Both the position numbers and the translations under genes were made by a program. From the NCBI GenBank assembly GCA_039931685.1, contig JBDTRK010000005.1:564-64563 (forward strand): a stretch of DNA of 64,000 bases, given 5' to 3'. The stretch's first letter is position 1. Every line of letters begins with the position of its first letter. Positions 49,459-58,460 of the stretch are shown here, piece by piece. The stretch comes from Betaproteobacteria bacterium (GTDB lineage: Bacteria; Pseudomonadota; Gammaproteobacteria; Burkholderiales; JACQAP01). A model generated the notes under the pieces. That model was given only the letters and a program-made list of their open reading frames with translations, ran no database searches and was not told the DNA's origin.

Positions 49459-49875
49459 TTATTTGTTGCCGCCGGACTGCTGTGCTTCCAGAACCTGTTC
49501 CACGCACAGCCTGATTCTCGATGCTTCGCGACCCCAGTACCGGTTCTGGCAATCCTCCAGAATGGGTCCGTGATCCCTGGCGTAAATCTCGAGAACGGGG
49601 CCGGCGGCAATGTCGTCGTCGATGCACTTCTTGACGATTCCCCAGCCCATTTCCTTGCGGCGCGTGCAGCGCACGACAATATTCTTGTACTCATCCGGAT
49701 AGCGCGCCACTTCGGCGCGGGCGGCCTTGTTTTCCTCGATGCATATTTGCGCCATCTCGGTACCGAACTCGGCGTTGGACATCAGACAGCCGGTGACGAT
49801 GTCGGCGTCTTCGTCGTCGGCAAGGCATGCACCGGATGCCAGGGCGAAGGCCAATGCAACAATTGTTGTCTTCAT
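49459..49875 (-). CDS. small exported 8-Cys protein, unknown function
   Basis: ATG at 49875 (MKTTIVALAFALASGA signal). Its stop lies 3 nt before the SBP start. Confidence 0.5.
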   Translation of the reverse strand: MKTTIVALAFALASGACLADDEDADIVTGCLMSNAEFGTEMAQICIEENKAARAEVARYPDEYKNIVVRCTRRKEMGWGIVKKCIDDDIAAGPVLEIYARDHGPILEDCQNRYWGREASRIRLCVEQVLEAQQSGGNK

Positions 49876-50072
49876 GGGCAATAGAAACTTTCATTGAACA
49901 TCAGTTTCAGAAAGGCGCAGAAAATCCGATCACGGCCCGGCGCCGGCATTGGCGCCAAGGGCCGATAGAATGCATAGTATTACAATCTTGCCGCCAACTC
50001 GCGCGCATTGCCTCCATCCGAAACCTTCGACGTTGCTCGGCGTCCAATTTGCAACGCGCCGACCGGTGTGGA

Positions 50073-50597
50073 TCAGGGCGTGTGCGCGGGCCCCGGGCTG
50101 ATTGCCGTCAGGATGCCTTGCATGAGCGCCAGCGGTGTGGGGGGACAGCCGGGTACTGCAACATCCACGGGAATTACATTGGCGATGCGCCCGCAGCTCG
50201 CATAACTCTCGCCGAAAATTCCGCCTGTGCAACCACAATCCCCCACTGCGACAACCAGCTTGGGCTCGGGCGTGGCGTCATAGGTGCGCCGCAGGGCGGT
50301 CATCATGTGGCGGGACACCGGCCCCGTAACCAGCAACATGTCCGCATGCCTGGGGCTGGCGACGAAGTGGATACCCAGACCTTCGAGGTTGTAGTAGGGA
50401 TTGGTCAATGCATGGATTTCGAGTTCACAGCCGTTGCAGGAGCCCGCGTCGACATGGCGTATCGCCAGCGACCCATTGAACGTCGCGAGGACTTCGCTTT
50501 GCAGTCGCTGCACGGCGACGCGCAAGTTTTCGTCGGCCTGCGACGGCGCTTCCGTTCTGATTCCCGAGCTTACGATGAGCTTGATCGTCTGGTACAT
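50073..50597 (-). CDS. NuoB/HycG/HyfI-like small subunit (EhrS-like)
   Basis: VDAGSCNGCELEI, ASPRHADMLLVTG, GDCGCTGGIF and VPGCPP. Ligands for one [4Fe-4S] cluster are retained. Confidence 0.85.
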   Translation of the reverse strand: MYQTIKLIVSSGIRTEAPSQADENLRVAVQRLQSEVLATFNGSLAIRHVDAGSCNGCELEIHALTNPYYNLEGLGIHFVASPRHADMLLVTGPVSRHMMTALRRTYDATPEPKLVVAVGDCGCTGGIFGESYASCGRIANVIPVDVAVPGCPPTPLALMQGILTAISPGPAHTP

Positions 50598-50612
50598 GAT
50601 GATTTGGCCTTC

Positions 50613-52154
50613 CTACAGGTCATGCCCGCTATAGCTCAGATTGAGTGACTTGTTGATCAGCGGAAAGTCCGGCACGATGTTTCCAATGACTGCATGTTCC
50701 AGCAGCGGCCAGTTTTGCCAGGATGGATCATGCGGATGCACCCGACGGATCCCGCCTGCCGCATCGGTATGGATGGCAATGAGGATCTCGCCGCGCCAGC
50801 CTTCTATCCAGCCCACGCCGAAGGCATCCCGCGGCGCTTCCGGCAGCGGCATGAAGACCGGGCCATCAGGTATCCGTTCCAGAATCTGCCGGCAAAGGCG
50901 GATGGCCTCGGCAACCTCCTCGAAACGTACGGTCACGCGCGCAGCCACGTCGCCCGCCTGACGCGTCGCGATGCGCACGTCGAGCCGATCGTAAGGTGCC
51001 GACGGAAAATCCACGCGCAGGTCCACCGCTTGCGCACTCGCGCGTCCGGCCAATCCGGTCAGGCCCAGCCGTGCGGCCAGTTCGGGCGTGATGCGCCCCG
51101 CTTCCATGAACCGGTCCTGCAGACCTGCGTGGTCGTCGTAAATGCCGCGCAGGCGCGCCACTGATTTTTCGATCGCTTCGAGGGCTGCGAACTGCTCGCT
51201 GATGCCGGCGCGGTCGAGGTCGGCAGCGACGCCTCCGGGAACGATCGCATCCATCAGGTAGCGGTGTCCGAACAGCCCGGCATTGGCACGAAGCAACTGT
51301 TCCTTGAGACTCGAGAACTGGGCCAGGCCGAAAGCGAACCCGGCATCGTTGCCCAGGGCACCGAGATCCCCCAGGTGGTTCGCGATGCGTTCGCGCTCCA
51401 GCATCAGGGCACGCAGCCAAAGCGCCCTGTCAGGCGCGGATATTGCGCTCAGGTTCTCCACCGCCATTGCGTAGGCCCACGCATAGGCGACGGTGGAATC
51501 GCCACTGATGCGGCCCGCCAGGCGGGCGCCCTGCTGGAGCGTCATCGCCTCGAATCGTTTCTCGATCCCCTTGTGCGTGTAGCCCAATCGCTCTTCCAGG
51601 CGCAGCACGCGCTCGCCGATGACGGAGAAGCGGAAATGTCCCGGTTCGATGGTTCCAGCGTGGACCGGACCGACCGCGACTTCGTGCACGCCGTCTCCCT
51701 CGACGGCAACAAATGCATAATTGTCCGGCGCGGATGCATGGACCATAGATGCATCGACATCGCTGCGCAGCGGAAACCGGTCGGCCGGCCACGCGCCGTG
51801 GCGCAACCACGGGCGTTTATCCGGTTGGCCGGCCGCCTCGAGCCCCATCAGGTCCGCAACCGCCCGCTGCATGCGGTTCGCCACCGGGAAAATGTCGGCG
51901 ATGCCGGGATAGACTTCGTTCCTTACCGGCAGCGTCAGACAGACCAGCCCGGACCGACTGACAAGCGCGGCATGCACCGCAAATGCGAAACCACCCGGGC
52001 GCCGGTCGCTCGCCCATAACGCGAGCAGACGCCCGCCGCGCCGGCGCACCTGCTCGCACAGGCGCCGCCAGCCGGCCTCATCGACCTCGGCCTGCCAGGC
52101 CGCAACCGCGCCCGGCAGCGGATCGAACTCGAATTCGATATCTTCCACGCGCAC
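50613..52154 (-). CDS. fused NuoC-NuoD / HycE-HyfG-like large subunit lacking [NiFe] ligands (EhrL-like)
   Basis: The FPVANRMQRAVADLMGLE, GPVHAGTIEPGHFRF and LGYTHKGIEKRF blocks are intact. The Cys motifs are replaced by RISGDSTVAY and C-terminal SLNLSYSGHDL. Confidence 0.85.
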   Translation of the reverse strand: MRVEDIEFEFDPLPGAVAAWQAEVDEAGWRRLCEQVRRRGGRLLALWASDRRPGGFAFAVHAALVSRSGLVCLTLPVRNEVYPGIADIFPVANRMQRAVADLMGLEAAGQPDKRPWLRHGAWPADRFPLRSDVDASMVHASAPDNYAFVAVEGDGVHEVAVGPVHAGTIEPGHFRFSVIGERVLRLEERLGYTHKGIEKRFEAMTLQQGARLAGRISGDSTVAYAWAYAMAVENLSAISAPDRALWLRALMLERERIANHLGDLGALGNDAGFAFGLAQFSSLKEQLLRANAGLFGHRYLMDAIVPGGVAADLDRAGISEQFAALEAIEKSVARLRGIYDDHAGLQDRFMEAGRITPELAARLGLTGLAGRASAQAVDLRVDFPSAPYDRLDVRIATRQAGDVAARVTVRFEEVAEAIRLCRQILERIPDGPVFMPLPEAPRDAFGVGWIEGWRGEILIAIHTDAAGGIRRVHPHDPSWQNWPLLEHAVIGNIVPDFPLINKSLNLSYSGHDL

Positions 52155-52164
52155 GACGGCTTTC

Positions 52165-53613
52165 CTATCCGATCAATCTCGCCGCCTGGCGATACCAGTC
52201 GGCGAGATACGGTGGTATGAACAGTCCGAGCAGCAACACCAGCGCGAGATGCACGAATACAGGGATCAACGCCGGCGGGTGCGGCAGTCGTTTGCCTGAA
52301 GTCTCGCCGAACACCATCGTCTGCACCTTGCCGAACACGGCGGCAAAGGCGACCCCGAGCGCAACCAGCAGGATCGGTGTCGCCCAGGGATGCTCATGCA
52401 TCGCCGTTGTCAAAATCAGGAACTCGCTGGCGAACACGCCAAATGGCGGTATGCCCAGAATGGCAAGACTGCCGAGCATCAATCCCCAGCCTATTGTGGG
52501 ATTGGTGACGACCAGCCCGCGGATGTCCGCGATCAGTTGCGTACCGCTTTTCTGTGCCGCATGACCGACCGTGAAAAATATCGCCGACTTGGTTAGCGAA
52601 TGAACTGTCATATGCAGCAGCGCGGCGAATGTGGCGACCGCGCCTCCCATGCCGAAGGCAAAGGTGACGATGCCCATGTGCTCGATCGACGAGTAGGCGA
52701 AGAGCCGCTTGACATCCTTCTGGCGCGACAGGAAGAAAGCCGCCACCACGACGCTGAACAGACCGAAACCCATCATCAGGTTCCCCGCGACTCCATTCTG
52801 CAAGGCGCCGTCGACCAGCACTTTGGTACGCACCACGGCATACAGCGCGACGTTGAGCAGAAGCCCGGACAGCACGGCGGAAACCGGCGTCGGACCCTCG
52901 GCATGCGCGTCGGGCAACCAGCTATGCAGCGGCGCGAGGCCCACTTTGGTGCCGTAGCCGACCAGCAGGAAGACAAATGCCAGCGACACTACCGTCGGCT
53001 CCAGTTGTCCCTTGACTTCGTTCAGGTGCGTCCACAGCAGCGCATTGCCGCCCGCCCCGAGCACTTTCTCCGCGGCAAGGTAAAGCAGGATCGTTCCGAA
53101 CAGCGCTTGCGCAATGCCGACTCCGCAAAGGATAAAATACTTCCAGGCGGCCTCGAGACTCGCGGGCGTTCGATACAGACTCACCAGCAGGACTGTCGTC
53201 AGCGTGGCAGCCTCCATCGCCACCCAGAGGATGCCCAGATTGTTGGTGAGCAGTGCCAGCAACATGGTGAACATGAACAGCTGGAACATGCTGTGATAGA
53301 GCCGCAAACGCGCCGGGGTGAGCTTGCCCGCGTGCTGTTCGTTGCGCATGTAGGGAAGGCTGAACAACGATGTCGTGAAGCCGACGAACGCGGTGAGGGC
53401 AACGAGGAACACGTTGAAGGAATCCACAAAGAACATTTCGCCAAGCACCCGGATCGGCCCCTCGCCGACGATTCTGGCGGTCAAAACGGCTGCAGCGGCG
53501 AGCGTCAGGAAGCTCATGACCGCGCTCAACTCTCCGGCGCGATCCTTATGCCCGTACAAGGCCAGCAGGAGCCCGCCGGCGAGCGGCATGCCGAGCAGTA
53601 CGATCAGTTCCAT
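52165..53613 (-). CDS. NuoN/HyfF-like antiporter-type membrane subunit
   Basis: ATG at 53613 (MELIVLLGMPLAGG). Mrp/NuoLMN-type blocks (WLPDAHAEGPTPVSA). The track start at 54165 is an extension across the upstream gene. Confidence 0.8.
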   Translation of the reverse strand: MELIVLLGMPLAGGLLLALYGHKDRAGELSAVMSFLTLAAAAVLTARIVGEGPIRVLGEMFFVDSFNVFLVALTAFVGFTTSLFSLPYMRNEQHAGKLTPARLRLYHSMFQLFMFTMLLALLTNNLGILWVAMEAATLTTVLLVSLYRTPASLEAAWKYFILCGVGIAQALFGTILLYLAAEKVLGAGGNALLWTHLNEVKGQLEPTVVSLAFVFLLVGYGTKVGLAPLHSWLPDAHAEGPTPVSAVLSGLLLNVALYAVVRTKVLVDGALQNGVAGNLMMGFGLFSVVVAAFFLSRQKDVKRLFAYSSIEHMGIVTFAFGMGGAVATFAALLHMTVHSLTKSAIFFTVGHAAQKSGTQLIADIRGLVVTNPTIGWGLMLGSLAILGIPPFGVFASEFLILTTAMHEHPWATPILLVALGVAFAAVFGKVQTMVFGETSGKRLPHPPALIPVFVHLALVLLLGLFIPPYLADWYRQAARLIG

Positions 53614-53615
53614 CG

Positions 53616-54278
53616 TCAGCGTTCCTTGAGTTTTTCCAGGTGCCGGGTGTCGAGGCTGTCGAACGTTTCCCGGATCTGGAAAAAGAAAATGCCGAAAATG
53701 AAGGTTCCAACCAGGACGTCCAACGCGACGCCGAGCTCGACGACCATGGGCATGCCGTAGGTAGCGCTGGTGGCGGCGAAGAACAACCCGTTCTCCATTG
53801 CCAGGAAGCCCACGACCTGCGGGATGGCCTTGCGCCGCGTGATCATCATCAGGAAAGACAACAGCACGCAGGCGATGGCCACGCCCAGAGAGTGACGCGT
53901 AACGGTACTTGCCTGCTCGGATATCGGCAACGCCAGATTGAGGGAAAAGATCACCACGACGATTCCGATCATCATCGTCGTCGGAATATTGATCAGGGTT
54001 TCCCTGTCCCATTTCACGTTCAGCCGAATGATCAGCCGATGCAGTATCCAGGGCAGCGCAAACACCTTGAGAACCACGGTCAGAACGGCCGAATAATACA
54101 GATGATGCTGGCCCGTGCTGTAAGCGACGACAGCCGTGCTGACCGAGAGAACGAGTCCTTGCCACGCAAACAGATAAACCAGCGACAGGACGCGGCGTTG
54201 CGACAACATGGCGAACGCTATCAGCAGCAAAAGTGCCGCCAGCACGTTGATCAGCTGTCCGGAAAAGGATGGGGGCAT
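53616..54278 (-). CDS. HyfE-like small membrane subunit
   Basis: ATG at 54278. About 7 TM helices in 220 aa. Its position and size equal HyfE, and the block GFLAMENGLFFAA is typical. Confidence 0.7.
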   Translation of the reverse strand: MPPSFSGQLINVLAALLLLIAFAMLSQRRVLSLVYLFAWQGLVLSVSTAVVAYSTGQHHLYYSAVLTVVLKVFALPWILHRLIIRLNVKWDRETLINIPTTMMIGIVVVIFSLNLALPISEQASTVTRHSLGVAIACVLLSFLMMITRRKAIPQVVGFLAMENGLFFAATSATYGMPMVVELGVALDVLVGTFIFGIFFFQIRETFDSLDTRHLEKLKER

Positions 54279-54279
54279 G

Positions 54280-55224
54280 TCAGCGCTCCAACGCCAGCCG
54301 GACCAGGATGCCCAGAACCGCCAGCAGGAAAGCGGTGCCGAGGAATTCGGGTGCGCGAAAGATGCGCAGCTTCGCCGACAGCGTTTCAACGAGCGCGAGC
54401 CCGGCCCCGCCCACAAGCAGCTTTAATGACAGCGCGACCAGCGCCAGCGGCATGAGCAGCCAGTCTCCGGCCGTCACGATTCCCCAGGGCAGGAACAGGG
54501 CGATGCCAATGGCACTGTAGTTCAACAGCTTCATCGCCGACGCCCACTCGATTAGCGCCAGATGCCGCGCGGAATACTCGAGCGTCATCGCCTCATGAAT
54601 CATCGTCAGTTCCAGGTGCGTCGCCGGATTGTCGACGGGAATACGCGCGTTCTCGGCGAGCGCGACCATGTAAAAGGCGACCGCCGCGAAAGCGAGACTG
54701 GGATAGAGCACGAATTCGCGATGTGCGATGGTCTCGACGATCGTGGTAAGCGAAGTCGACTGGGCGATCAGGACCGGCGTGAACAACACCATCAGTAACG
54801 CGGGCTCGGCCAGGCAGGCCACCAGCATTTCGCGGCGCGCCCCCATGCTGCCGAATGCGGTGCCTACATCCATCGCCGCCAGCGCCGCGAACAGGCGGGC
54901 AAGTGCAAACAGCCCCACCAGCGCAATCACGTCCGCCGCCGCCGAGAAAGCCAGGTCGGTCGCCAGAATGGGGACGATGCTGGCGACGAGCATCATGCAT
55001 CCGAATTGCAGATAGGGCGCCATCCTGAACAGGGACGACGCGTGCTCTGCAAGCACCGCATCCTTGTGGAAGAGCTTGTGCAACACCCGGTACGGCTGCA
55101 ATACGCCGGCACCACTCTTGTTCTGCAGCCACGCGCGGCATTGGTTGACCCATCCCAGCAAAAGGGGCGCCAACGCGACGATGAGCACGGTCTGCAGCGC
55201 CTGCGAAAGAAGGGACTGGATCAT
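54280..55224 (-). CDS. NuoH/HycD/HyfC-like membrane subunit
   Basis: ATG at 55224 in an ATGA overlap with the upstream stop. Block ENARIPVDNPATHLELTMIHEAMTLEYS is typical of HycD/NuoH. Confidence 0.8.
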   Translation of the reverse strand: MIQSLLSQALQTVLIVALAPLLLGWVNQCRAWLQNKSGAGVLQPYRVLHKLFHKDAVLAEHASSLFRMAPYLQFGCMMLVASIVPILATDLAFSAAADVIALVGLFALARLFAALAAMDVGTAFGSMGARREMLVACLAEPALLMVLFTPVLIAQSTSLTTIVETIAHREFVLYPSLAFAAVAFYMVALAENARIPVDNPATHLELTMIHEAMTLEYSARHLALIEWASAMKLLNYSAIGIALFLPWGIVTAGDWLLMPLALVALSLKLLVGGAGLALVETLSAKLRIFRAPEFLGTAFLLAVLGILVRLALER

Positions 55225-57233
55225 CGAATGAAGAACAACAGAATGATCAAGGTGGCGAAGCTGTACATGAGATAAATATTGATGCGGCCGTGTTGCAGAA
55301 TGCCGATGGCTGCGGAAAGCCTCTCCACAAGGCGGGCCACCGGCAGGTAGAGCGCGTACCACAACTTGTCTTCGACGATGCCGTGGTAACGGGGGCGATC
55401 GTCGAACGGACTCGGCACCTGACGGTCGATACGGAAGATCGGCTCGAAAATCTGCTTGATCGGTTGGCCGAAGCCCTCGGCGGTATCCTGCATGCGTGCC
55501 GTTTGCTGGGGGAAACCACAGTCCCACGCGGGTCCACGGCGCACGCGGCCATGATAAAGCTTGCGCACCAGAACCACCGAAAGCATCAACGCACCGGCAA
55601 TTCCAATTAAAAACAGGAGCGGGCTGTAACTCGAGCGCTGCGCTGACGTGGCCGTGATGAACAGCCATGACTGGGCGCCGGCCGCTCCGACGATCTCCCC
55701 GGTCAACATTTGGGTCGTCTTGCCCAGCGCGGCAAGCACCCAGACGGGGGCAAGCCCCAGCACGACGCAGCCCGATGCCAGCCAGCCCAGTCCCAGCCGC
55801 TCTGGCCAATTGGCGTCGTGGGCCTCCGCGAGCTTCGCCTCACGCGGCCGTCCCAGAAAAATGACACCGTAGAATTTGACCATGACATACCCGGCGAGCG
55901 CGACAGCAAGAACAAAGGCGGCCGAACCAACCGGAACCAGCATGCTCAGGTAAGAACTCGGCAGGCCCGGCGTGGCCAGAAATGCCTGCAGCAGCAGCCA
56001 CTCCGATACGAATCCGTTGAGCGGCGGCAGGCCGGCGATGGCAATGGTGCCGACCAGGCCGAGCCATGCGACCCACGGCATGCTGCGGATCAACCCTCCC
56101 AACTTGCCCAGGCTCCGCTCCCTGGTCGAGTGCAGAACGGTCCCGGTCACGAGGAACAGCAGACTCTTGAAAAATGCGTGATTGAGGCAGTGATACAGCG
56201 TTCCGGCCAGGGCAAGCGCGGCGAGGGCGTTTGCCTCGTAGACATGGAAAATCAGCGTCAGGCCGACGCCCGCCAGAATGATGCCCATGTTCTCGATGGA
56301 GGAATACGCCAGCAGGCGCTTCATGTCGGTCTGCACGGCGGCGAACATGACCCCGAACAATGCCGTCATCAGGCCCAATGTCGTCGCCAGCACACCCCAC
56401 CAGACCAGTTGAATCTGCAGCAGGTCAAAGGTCACCCGCAACAATCCATAGATTGCCGTCTTCAGCATTACGCCGCTCATCAATGCCGAGATCGGCGACG
56501 GAGCGGCCGGATGGGCTTCGGGCAGCCAGGCATGGACCGGCAGAAATCCGGCTTTGGCGCCAAACCCGAACAAGGCCAGCAGAAATGCCGCACTCGCCCA
56601 GAAATGATCGAGGTGGCTCGCCCTCATGGTCGCGAAAGTGTAATCGCCGTGCCCGCCCTGCATCACTCCAAAGCACAGCAGAATGCCGATCGCACCGATA
56701 TGCGCCAGCAACAGGTAAAGGAAACCGGCGCTTCGGATCGCCGGAATCTTGTGGTTGCTGATGACCAGGAAATAGGATGCGAGTGCCATCGTTTCCCACG
56801 CGACCATGAACAGGTAGGCGTCGTCCGCAAGCATGACGGCCGTCATCGCAACAAGAAATAGGTGGTACTGCAGGCAGTGCAATCCGGGCGCAGTGCCTTC
56901 GCCCGCGCGGAAGTAGCCTGCGGAATAAATGGAAATACCGGCCGAGGCCCCTCCCAGCAGCACCAGGAAAAAAGCCGACAGCGCATCCAGCCGCATATGG
57001 AAGGGAAGATCGGGCAGGCCCAGCGCGAGAACAGCCGTCTGCGGAACGTCGCCCAGGCCGACAAGGCCGGCGCCGGCAAGGACCAGCGAGGCCACAGCAC
57101 TCGCCGGAAACAGCATGTGCGCGATGAAGCGCAGGTTATGCGGCGCGGCGAGCCCGAGGAACCCGGCGACCATCCAGAATACGATGACGCCGAGCACCAC
57201 GTCCAACGGCAGAACCTGCGTCAGGCCCATCAT
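55221..57233 (-). CDS. NuoL/HycC/HyfB-like antiporter-type membrane subunit
   Basis: 670 aa. WETMALASYFLV, WLPEAHPAAPSPISALMSG, and a long C-terminal extension as in HyfB. Confidence 0.85.
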   Translation of the reverse strand: MMGLTQVLPLDVVLGVIVFWMVAGFLGLAAPHNLRFIAHMLFPASAVASLVLAGAGLVGLGDVPQTAVLALGLPDLPFHMRLDALSAFFLVLLGGASAGISIYSAGYFRAGEGTAPGLHCLQYHLFLVAMTAVMLADDAYLFMVAWETMALASYFLVISNHKIPAIRSAGFLYLLLAHIGAIGILLCFGVMQGGHGDYTFATMRASHLDHFWASAAFLLALFGFGAKAGFLPVHAWLPEAHPAAPSPISALMSGVMLKTAIYGLLRVTFDLLQIQLVWWGVLATTLGLMTALFGVMFAAVQTDMKRLLAYSSIENMGIILAGVGLTLIFHVYEANALAALALAGTLYHCLNHAFFKSLLFLVTGTVLHSTRERSLGKLGGLIRSMPWVAWLGLVGTIAIAGLPPLNGFVSEWLLLQAFLATPGLPSSYLSMLVPVGSAAFVLAVALAGYVMVKFYGVIFLGRPREAKLAEAHDANWPERLGLGWLASGCVVLGLAPVWVLAALGKTTQMLTGEIVGAAGAQSWLFITATSAQRSSYSPLLFLIGIAGALMLSVVLVRKLYHGRVRRGPAWDCGFPQQTARMQDTAEGFGQPIKQIFEPIFRIDRQVPSPFDDRPRYHGIVEDKLWYALYLPVARLVERLSAAIGILQHGRINIYLMYSFATLIILLFFIR

Positions 57234-57490
57234 TACGCAGTTCGCGGTGGAACAGACGGCGTCATCGGGCCGACTCGCCGACGACGGTCAGACAACCCGC
57301 GATGTGGATTACTACGGCGGCGGTGGCGATCCGAACCGGCGCATCCTCCCTCGCACCGGACCCGCAATCGTGCTGCCTTCCCGCACCGACGGATCCGCAA
57401 TCAGCGCCTGCGTCACCTGGAAGTGATCGGGGTTGCGTCGGGACGCCGACTCTTCCGGTTCGGGACGGCCTAGATTCACCCATGTCTAAG

Positions 57491-57511
57491 TGTACGCCCA
57501 TTTCATGTACA
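57491..57511. promoter_or_regulatory. candidate operator in the divergent region between the RHH gene and the ehr-like operon
   Basis: TGTAC-N11-GTACA in the only AT-rich patch of the spacer. No consensus was matched. Confidence 0.25.
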
Positions 57512-57578
57512 TTCAAGACAACATCAAGCATCTCTGATTACGATATCATGAACATACAATATTTTTCGGAGCCCTGCC

Positions 57579-57782
57579 GTGGAAAACAAGACCGGCCGTT
57601 TGACTTTACTCATCGATCCGAGAAAGAAGCAGATATTCGAGGAGATCTGCTCGGAACGGGACCTGACGCCATCGCAAGTCGTGCGCCAACTGATTCGCGA
57701 GTACATCATCGAATATGCGGGAAACCGGAAGCTACCCCCCTGGCTCGTGAATGCAGCGACAAGGAGCAAGCGCAAGGATTAG
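57579..57782 (+). CDS. ribbon-helix-helix (CopG/Arc-like) protein
   Basis: GTG start. RLTLLIDPRKKQIFEEICSERDLTPSQVVRQLIREYI has the beta-strand/helix/helix pattern of RHH repressors. Basic tail. Confidence 0.55.
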   Translation: MENKTGRLTLLIDPRKKQIFEEICSERDLTPSQVVRQLIREYIIEYAGNRKLPPWLVNAATRSKRKD

Positions 57783-57988
57783 CGCGCGCCGTCCGGGGAA
57801 AACGCGCGCAAGGACGGATAACTAGAGAAGGGGTAAATTATCGAACCGGCGGGCCGCCAGAATTTCTTCAAAACTTTCCCCGGAGACGATCGACGCCTGC
57901 CGACACATTGATCGAATCGGCCAGGCCGTTCTGCAACACTGACCCGCCTGCCTGACGCAGGCGTCTGGCCCTGTCCGGACCGCGAAAA

Positions 57989-58351
57989 TTACCTGGCCGG
58001 CTGCTTTAATTCGACGATCACGACGTCGGTGTCGCTGTCGCCAATGTTTTCGCCGATATGGGTCTGGCCCTTCATGAATATCACGTCGCCGGCCTTGAAC
58101 TCGCGGTTCATCGACTTTCCGTCGGGGAATGTCAGCTTGCGCTTGAAGGAGCTCAGCGCGTAGAGAACGAAGTCCGGATGCTCGTGCATGTTGGTCTTGT
58201 CGCCGGGCTTGTCATGATATTCGAGCACGCGCACGCGTTCGTTCTCGATTCGCAGCTTGTATTTGTCGGCGTCCGTATCCAGCGGGTCCGCGGCATGGCC
58301 GACGCCCGCTGCCAAAAGGAAAAGGCCTGCGATCACAACGGCTGGATTCAT
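57989..58351 (-). CDS. exported cupin-domain protein
   Basis: Signal peptide, then the cupin motifs NMHEHPDFVLY and GDVIFMKGQTHIGEN. Confidence 0.7.
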   Translation of the reverse strand: MNPAVVIAGLFLLAAGVGHAADPLDTDADKYKLRIENERVRVLEYHDKPGDKTNMHEHPDFVLYALSSFKRKLTFPDGKSMNREFKAGDVIFMKGQTHIGENIGDSDTDVVIVELKQPAR

Positions 58352-58460
58352 TTCATGGTCCCTGTTTCATTAATCGGAAGTGCGGCAAGGCCGCGACAAG
58401 CGCAGACGCAAACGGGGCACGGCTCACGCCCTGCCCCGCCCTGTTGACCCGGCTCCTGCT

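Noticed and set aside
50613-52154. Calling this a [NiFe] hydrogenase / formate hydrogenlyase large subunit
   Set aside because: Both CxxC ligand motifs are absent (RISGDSTVAY; C-terminal SLNLSYSGHDL). No hyp, hycI or fdhF genes are in the window.
52600-56861. Plus-strand ORFs of 386, 271 and 383 aa over the ehr-like membrane subunits
   Set aside because: They are antisense translations of hydrophobic membrane genes, hence charged and Gln/His/Arg-rich. No motifs were found.
57262-57531. 89-aa minus-strand ORF in the ehr-like leader, as a possible missing small subunit
   Set aside because: It has no Cys pattern for Fe-S clusters, no SD, and Gly/Arg/Ala-rich composition. It is more likely non-coding leader.
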